A stretch of 64,000 nt of DNA from Nitrospinaceae bacterium. Its GTDB lineage: Bacteria > Nitrospinota > Nitrospinia > Nitrospinales > Nitrospinaceae. The number at the start of each line of letters is the position of its first letter. Position 1 is the stretch's first letter. The notes under the pieces are model-generated. The model did no database searches. It was not told the DNA's origin and worked only from the letters and a program-made list of their open reading frames with translations. Shown piece by piece: positions 58,661-64,000 of this stretch. Location of the stretch: positions 1,248,001 through 1,312,000 of the forward strand of contig OZ250172.1 in assembly GCA_965237905.1 (NCBI GenBank), read 5' to 3'. The translations under genes were made by a program, and so were the position numbers.

Positions 58661-60733
58661 ATGATCGTTCCCCGCAAGCTCAAATTCACAATCTGTCTCG
58701 CAGTGCTGTCATCACTGTTCGGCTTCACCGTCTACGCCCATGCGGAGAACCCTGCAGGAGTGACCGCCGTCATCGGAGTCACTGGTCAAGAAGAGCGATG
58801 CCTCACATGCCATGCGGGGATCGAAGAAGTCAGCCGCTCACATCCTCTCAAACTGGGATGCACCTCCTGCCACGGCGGCAATGGCGCGGCGGAAGACAAA
58901 AATGGAGCGCATGCCACGCTCATCTACGACCCGGCAGCAGGAACCGGCAAACGCAATCCTTCTTCCCTGAAAGTGGTTCACCTCAGTTGCGGAAGAGCAC
59001 AATGCCATTCCGGCCATCAGGATGAAACCCGCAACCACGCCGACCGGGTCCGCAAATCCATGATGGGGAATATGTCAGGAGTCATTACCGGCCTGCGGTA
59101 CCAGTGGGGCGGCCAGCCGGGGAAATCGGCGCGCTACGGAATCTATAAGGTAGAAGATAAAGACGGCATGACTCCGGAAAACCTCGGCGCCCTGAAACGT
59201 CTGGAAGAACTCCCTTATTTTACCCCCTATCACTGGCGGCAACATCAAACCGCACGGAAGGGAGCCCCCCGTAAAAAAATTTCCAATCACATCGGCGACC
59301 ATGTTCTGCGCGAACGTTGTTTTCAATGCCACATCGATGCGCCTCCACCAAAGGGAGAATACCGCTCACAGGGATGCGCCGCCTGCCATTTCAGGTACCA
59401 CCCGGAAGGGAAATACCTGGGTAGCGATCCGATGATTCCCAAAGACAAGCCAGGGTATCCGGCGTATCATCGCATGACAGTACTGCCTTCCAGCAACCTG
59501 TGCGTGCAATGCCACAAATCATTTTTATCGCAGATGACCACGGAAAAATTTTCCATTCCCTTTCCGCAACGCAATCGCCAGGGGAAACTCCCCTTCCCTG
59601 GAGCCGGCCAACCCCGTATGGACGTTCATCTGGAACGGGGGATGGAATGCATTGACTGCCATACGCAGTCTGATATCATGGGAGACGGTAACATCTACTC
59701 CCGGCAATTTCAGGCGGTGGAAATCCGTTGCGAAACCTGCCACGGCAACACCACGTCGTATCCCCGGATTTCAAAAATCAAGACGTCCCAGGACCCGGCC
59801 GTTCGGTTGAGTCGCCATTACAGAGGTCTCACCAACAAGGTAGGCGACGCCATGGCGGTTTCGGCCAGGAAACAAAAATTATCCAACGTCAAAACGCAGG
59901 GAAAGAAATTTGTCACTTACAGCAAACGTACTGGAAAAGCGCGCACCATTCCGCTGACCAAGGATCAGCGTTGGGGACACAACATTCCCGGCCACCGGGA
60001 CAAACTGGCCTGCACGGCATGCCATTCGCAATGGGTGCCTCGCTGTCAAGGATGTCACATGACTCTGAAGTCGGGGAAAGGTAACGGCGCGGCCAGCACC
60101 TGGAACCCGTTTCAATTCACCATGAAACATGAAGAACCGGCGTTGATGATCGGCCCGCGCGGTAAAGTGGTCCCCATGCTGGCTCAACCGCCGCACACCC
60201 TGACCGTTGTGGATCAACAGGAGAAAATAGTTCCGGTCGTTGACAACAAGGGCGATTCGCCGGGAGACTACCGTCATTGGGAATTCACCAACTCTGCCGG
60301 TAACTCGGGTTCCAATCTGGCTTATGGCACCCAACCACATTCGGTGAGCAAAAAAGTACGCTCCTGCGCAAGCTGTCACCTGTCTCCGAAAACCCTGGGG
60401 ATGGGTGAAGGGGACTTGCATATCAAGAAACATGCGTCCGGCCGGTACGATAAATTCAACCCGCTGGTGCGAACCAACCGGGTGCTGAACAAATCAAAAT
60501 TCGGACCCCAGACCAAAGTGAACCCACGGGGACAAGCGATCGCCGGCTCCGGTCAACCGGGTGCGCGACCATTCAATCAGGAGGAAATCACTCGTATCCT
60601 GAAAGTCGGCAACTGCATTCCCTGCCATTCGCGCTATACGGATAAAATTTACCAGGATATGGAAAAGAGTTACAAATTTTCGATCAATATCAAACATCGT
60701 AAATTAAGAGACAAAATTTTAAAGAAACGCTGA
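58661..60733 (+). CDS. Multiheme c-type cytochrome (11 CxxCH plus one CX4CH)
   Basis: Signal peptide; CLTCH, CTSCH, CGRAQCH, CFQCH, CAACH, CVQCH, CIDCH, CETCH, CTACH, CQGCH, CASCH, CIPCH. Confidence 0.92.
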   Translation: MIVPRKLKFTICLAVLSSLFGFTVYAHAENPAGVTAVIGVTGQEERCLTCHAGIEEVSRSHPLKLGCTSCHGGNGAAEDKNGAHATLIYDPAAGTGKRNPSSLKVVHLSCGRAQCHSGHQDETRNHADRVRKSMMGNMSGVITGLRYQWGGQPGKSARYGIYKVEDKDGMTPENLGALKRLEELPYFTPYHWRQHQTARKGAPRKKISNHIGDHVLRERCFQCHIDAPPPKGEYRSQGCAACHFRYHPEGKYLGSDPMIPKDKPGYPAYHRMTVLPSSNLCVQCHKSFLSQMTTEKFSIPFPQRNRQGKLPFPGAGQPRMDVHLERGMECIDCHTQSDIMGDGNIYSRQFQAVEIRCETCHGNTTSYPRISKIKTSQDPAVRLSRHYRGLTNKVGDAMAVSARKQKLSNVKTQGKKFVTYSKRTGKARTIPLTKDQRWGHNIPGHRDKLACTACHSQWVPRCQGCHMTLKSGKGNGAASTWNPFQFTMKHEEPALMIGPRGKVVPMLAQPPHTLTVVDQQEKIVPVVDNKGDSPGDYRHWEFTNSAGNSGSNLAYGTQPHSVSKKVRSCASCHLSPKTLGMGEGDLHIKKHASGRYDKFNPLVRTNRVLNKSKFGPQTKVNPRGQAIAGSGQPGARPFNQEEITRILKVGNCIPCHSRYTDKIYQDMEKSYKFSINIKHRKLRDKILKKR

Positions 60734-60740
60734 CCCTTTT

Positions 60741-63449
60741 ATGAAGTTTCTGTTTTCAAAAACAACCTTTCTTACACTACTCGCCACACTGGCACTGGCG
60801 TGGGCCCTTCCTCAACTGATGGCTCAGGAAGATGGGTCAGCGCCTTTTGGCGAGGAAAGATCCAATCAATCCCCCGGCGGTTTCGAAAAGAATATGGTGG
60901 ACATCCCACCTCAGCGGGAGAAATCGACGATGGATGCATCCGATTTCCGGGACCCGTTCTTTTTTCTGAAAAGAGATGGCAAGGATTCCAAAGAGGCGCT
61001 GAAGCCGGGCACAACGGTGGACGGCCTGCGGTTCAATACCTACAACGACTCCCAGGGTTTTGTCGACCGCTATTATAAGAATTCCAATTTCGTTCTGAAG
61101 GATGTTTACGGCCGCATCGAATTGGTCAACAAGGAAGCGGGGTGCTTGAATTGCCACCGCGGCATCGAGGAGATCAGTCAGAACCATAAATTTTCCTGCA
61201 CCAAATGTCATAACGGCAACCCTAGAGGTAAAATCGCGGCCCTGGCTCACAAAGGTCTCGTGTCCAATCCCTCCGACTTAAAACACGCACCCAGATATTG
61301 TGGTAAATGCCATGAAGAGCAAATCAAAAAGGTGAAGAATTCGTTGATGACCACCGCGCGCGGCGTCATTGAAATCACCCGGGAAGCCTGGGGGGAGCCT
61401 CCCCTGAAACAACCCAGGCAAAAGAGAAAAAAGGGCAAGAAACGAAGCAAAAATCAACCTTGGACTTACAAGAGCCCCGGAAAACCGGTGGACGATTTTC
61501 TGCAGAAGAAATGTTTGCGTTGCCATGTGCAATCGCCATCGCCGCACCGTGCCGGAGATTACCGCGCCACCGGGTGTGCCTCCTGCCATATGATATACAC
61601 CAACGAAGGAACCTCGCTGACCCGCGATCGCGCGATTCAGAAAGTGCAAAAAGCGGACCCGAAATATTTGCGCAACCGGTTCAACCGCGGCATCGCTTCG
61701 AATTCTCTGAATAATCGGCGGGGATATCCGTTACTGCATAAATTCACCGTGGCGATACCCAGTGTCCAGTGCGAGCATTGCCACAACTACAACGGCGTCG
61801 GCAACGAATTTGAAGGTTTGTTCGGTAAACCAGCCCGGCCCAAAACCGCTCAGGCCAAAGTCGAGAAAGACCAATCTGTCCTGTATGGACGCTCACACGA
61901 GTTTCTCCTGCCCGACATCCATCGCGAAAAGGGCATGCACTGCATCGACTGCCACGGCCCCAACGAAATCAAGGCGGATGCTTCCAAGTACCCGACCCAG
62001 CACGATGCGGTCAAGGTCCGGTGTGAAACCTGTCATGGAACCAACAACCGGGCTCCCACCGGCATCGAACTGAAAGTAGAAGACTCGCGGGCGGAAGAAC
62101 TGATCAAGAAAAACCAACTCAACCCCAATCTGATGAAGAAAATTAAAATGGGGGACACGGTGATGGCTGACCGGCAAGGACGGCTTCAGCCTCATATATT
62201 ACTGGTCGATGGCAAATGGATTCTGTACTCCAAGGTCACGGGTAAGGAACATAAGATCCCGCTTTTAAAATTCATGCGAAAGCGCCCGTATGCCCATCAG
62301 ATACTCGGCCATATGAAATATACGGAATGCTCCGCCTGCCATGCGCGCTGGTCCGCCAACGAATGGGGGATGCATGTGATCCGGGAGGAAAAAATCAATC
62401 CGAGGCAATGGCAGGATTGGTCCCTCTCCGACCCCACCCTGCAGCAACAGCTATGGGGATGGAAACGTGATAAGGCCCTGGTCAAGCAACCCATGGGAAT
62501 GCTGAACTGGAACTCGGCAATCACCACCCCGAACGGCCCCAGGGGAAGCTGGGCGAAAGGCATCTGGAGCCACGTCTTCTCCGAAACGGGTTGGAGCAGT
62601 TTGATCCTCGGAAAAAACAAGCGCAAACGATACACGATCATGAAACCGCGTTATCAATATTTCCTGACCACCCTTTCCAATAAGGATGGCCGGTCCACTC
62701 TGAGAGCCAAAGTACCTATGACACCACGCGGCAAACCGGGTTGGGTGATGACTCCCCATACTCCGCACACCATCCGGTCCACCACCCGCCCCTGTGAAAG
62801 CTGTCACGAAAGCACTCTGGCGGCGGGACTCGGAGAATCGACACTGAGATACGTGGAGGACGGAAAACCGTTTCTGAGTGAATTAAAACGGTCCAACCGC
62901 ATCCTGCCTCAATTTCAGATCAAGCAGATGGTGTCGCGCAACGGCTGGAGCCTGCAGAACCCGATGCCCAAGGGGAAACTGCGGTTTATGAATTCCAAGG
63001 AAATAAAATCCCTGCTCAAAAAATCGGAACGTTACAACGCCTATCGTTTTCTGTCTCTGAGAAGAGCCGGGCAATCGCGCCTGCTGATCCGGGAAGAATT
63101 CCCTTACGATTTAAAACATCAAGTCAACCAAGAGAAATTCGGTCCGCCCACGGAAAAAGAAGCACTCTATTATTACGATTTGGATCAGCACCGTTTTTTC
63201 GAGAGTCAGCGTCCGGAGCCGGCTCCCGAGTCTACACCCGGTGAAATGCTAGAGGAGCAGACGACTATCGAATCAACGGAAGAACAGGAAAAGGAAGAAC
63301 AGGAAATCACTGCACCTTTACCCCCGGCCAAGACCCCAGAAAGCTCCAGCCCGAAATTTTTTATTGACCTGAGGCCAAACGTAACCAAGCCCCCTCCAAC
63401 TCCCCAGCCGCTTCCCGAAAAAGGGTTTTTGGAAAATGAGAAGCCCTAA
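60741..63449 (+). CDS. Multiheme c-type cytochrome (10 CxxCH), paralog of the upstream gene
   Basis: Signal peptide; CLNCH, CTKCH, CGKCH, CLRCH, CASCH, CEHCH, CIDCH, CETCH, CSACH, CESCH; acidic Pro-rich tail. Confidence 0.92.
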   Translation: MKFLFSKTTFLTLLATLALAWALPQLMAQEDGSAPFGEERSNQSPGGFEKNMVDIPPQREKSTMDASDFRDPFFFLKRDGKDSKEALKPGTTVDGLRFNTYNDSQGFVDRYYKNSNFVLKDVYGRIELVNKEAGCLNCHRGIEEISQNHKFSCTKCHNGNPRGKIAALAHKGLVSNPSDLKHAPRYCGKCHEEQIKKVKNSLMTTARGVIEITREAWGEPPLKQPRQKRKKGKKRSKNQPWTYKSPGKPVDDFLQKKCLRCHVQSPSPHRAGDYRATGCASCHMIYTNEGTSLTRDRAIQKVQKADPKYLRNRFNRGIASNSLNNRRGYPLLHKFTVAIPSVQCEHCHNYNGVGNEFEGLFGKPARPKTAQAKVEKDQSVLYGRSHEFLLPDIHREKGMHCIDCHGPNEIKADASKYPTQHDAVKVRCETCHGTNNRAPTGIELKVEDSRAEELIKKNQLNPNLMKKIKMGDTVMADRQGRLQPHILLVDGKWILYSKVTGKEHKIPLLKFMRKRPYAHQILGHMKYTECSACHARWSANEWGMHVIREEKINPRQWQDWSLSDPTLQQQLWGWKRDKALVKQPMGMLNWNSAITTPNGPRGSWAKGIWSHVFSETGWSSLILGKNKRKRYTIMKPRYQYFLTTLSNKDGRSTLRAKVPMTPRGKPGWVMTPHTPHTIRSTTRPCESCHESTLAAGLGESTLRYVEDGKPFLSELKRSNRILPQFQIKQMVSRNGWSLQNPMPKGKLRFMNSKEIKSLLKKSERYNAYRFLSLRRAGQSRLLIREEFPYDLKHQVNQEKFGPPTEKEALYYYDLDQHRFFESQRPEPAPESTPGEMLEEQTTIESTEEQEKEEQEITAPLPPAKTPESSSPKFFIDLRPNVTKPPPTPQPLPEKGFLENEKP

Positions 63450-64000
63450 AAAGACTTTCCTGATTGGATCGTTCCTGCTGATCGCCGGAGGATGGTGTGC
63501 CGCCGGAGCCGGGGCGTCGCCCGCGCTGGTGAAGGAACTACAATGCGATACCTGCCACCGGTTTTCTAAAAACGAGGCAGAAAAATCCGCTCCCGATTTG
63601 TTTTTCGCCGGCGACAAGTTTCAAAAGGAATGGCTGAAAAAATTTTTGAAACAACCTGAGACGATCCGACTGGCGGGACACACGCGCGACCCGGGGTTTT
63701 TAAAAGGCAAACCGCAATACACCGGCCCTCATCCCACCTTGAACCCCAAAGAAGCACAGCAGATGACGGATCATCTGATGTCTCTGAGGATTCTGAAGGA
63801 TATTGCGCCGCTGGAATTGCCGGCTTTATCCAAGGGCACGCGCGTACGAGTGAAAATTTTGTTTGAGCGGAACTACAGTTGCATCGCCTGCCACCAGAGT
63901 TATAACCTGGCCCGCCAACCGCGAGGCGGAGTCTCCGGTCCTTCACTGATCGACGCAGGCCGCCGCCTGCGTCCCGAATGGGTGTACCAATGGCTGAAAA
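63436..64000 (+). CDS. c-type cytochrome with at least two hemes, 3'-truncated by the window edge (absent from the ORF track)
   Basis: Translated by hand from ATG 63436: MRSPKKTFLIGSFLLIAGG...CDTCH...APDLFFAG...CIACH...GPSLIDAG; no stop before the window end. Confidence 0.88.
   Translation, partial: MRSPKKTFLIGSFLLIAGGWCAAGAGASPALVKELQCDTCHRFSKNEAEKSAPDLFFAGDKFQKEWLKKFLKQPETIRLAGHTRDPGFLKGKPQYTGPHPTLNPKEAQQMTDHLMSLRILKDIAPLELPALSKGTRVRVKILFERNYSCIACHQSYNLARQPRGGVSGPSLIDAGRRLRPEWVYQWLK

Overview
Bacterial chromosomal window, moderately GC-rich and densely coding. Gene content (NirK, many c-type cytochromes, FGE-like and NHL proteins) suggests a Nitrospina-like nitrite oxidiser; this is inference, not established here. 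In order: the end of a flagellar operon (fliF-G-H-I-J plus a MotE-like gene); an ATP-grasp ligase / glutaredoxin / KamA-aminomutase operon; a Rieske-fused glutamate-synthase-like protein; a radical SAM / CDP-alcohol transferase pair; an AT-rich DUF5131 / TcmP module; TesA-YbbAP; PhoBR-like and other sensor kinases; nirK divergent from an Rrf2 regulator; tRNA-Val and tRNA-Asp; a GAF protein coupled to an orphan MreB; an Fe-S/thiol-redox cluster with an FGE-like::CcdA fusion; dapF-A-B followed by a Tat molybdoenzyme; a large repetitive coiled-coil membrane protein; a B12 radical SAM; a 12-repeat NHL protein; a frameshifted glgX; and a tandem multiheme cytochrome operon running off the end. The most striking unexplained signals are: (i) a structured intergenic element at ~39760-39937 with a 17-nt perfect complement of the canonical 16S rRNA 3' end, a 14-codon micro-ORF whose stop codon sits in a hairpin loop, and a terminator; (ii) the ATP-grasp/Grx/aminomutase operon; (iii) the DUF5131-TcmP module; (iv) a four-hairpin candidate RNA upstream of dapF. 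No rRNA, CRISPR array, transposase or integrase was seen. All protein calls come from motif recognition by eye; no database searches were run.
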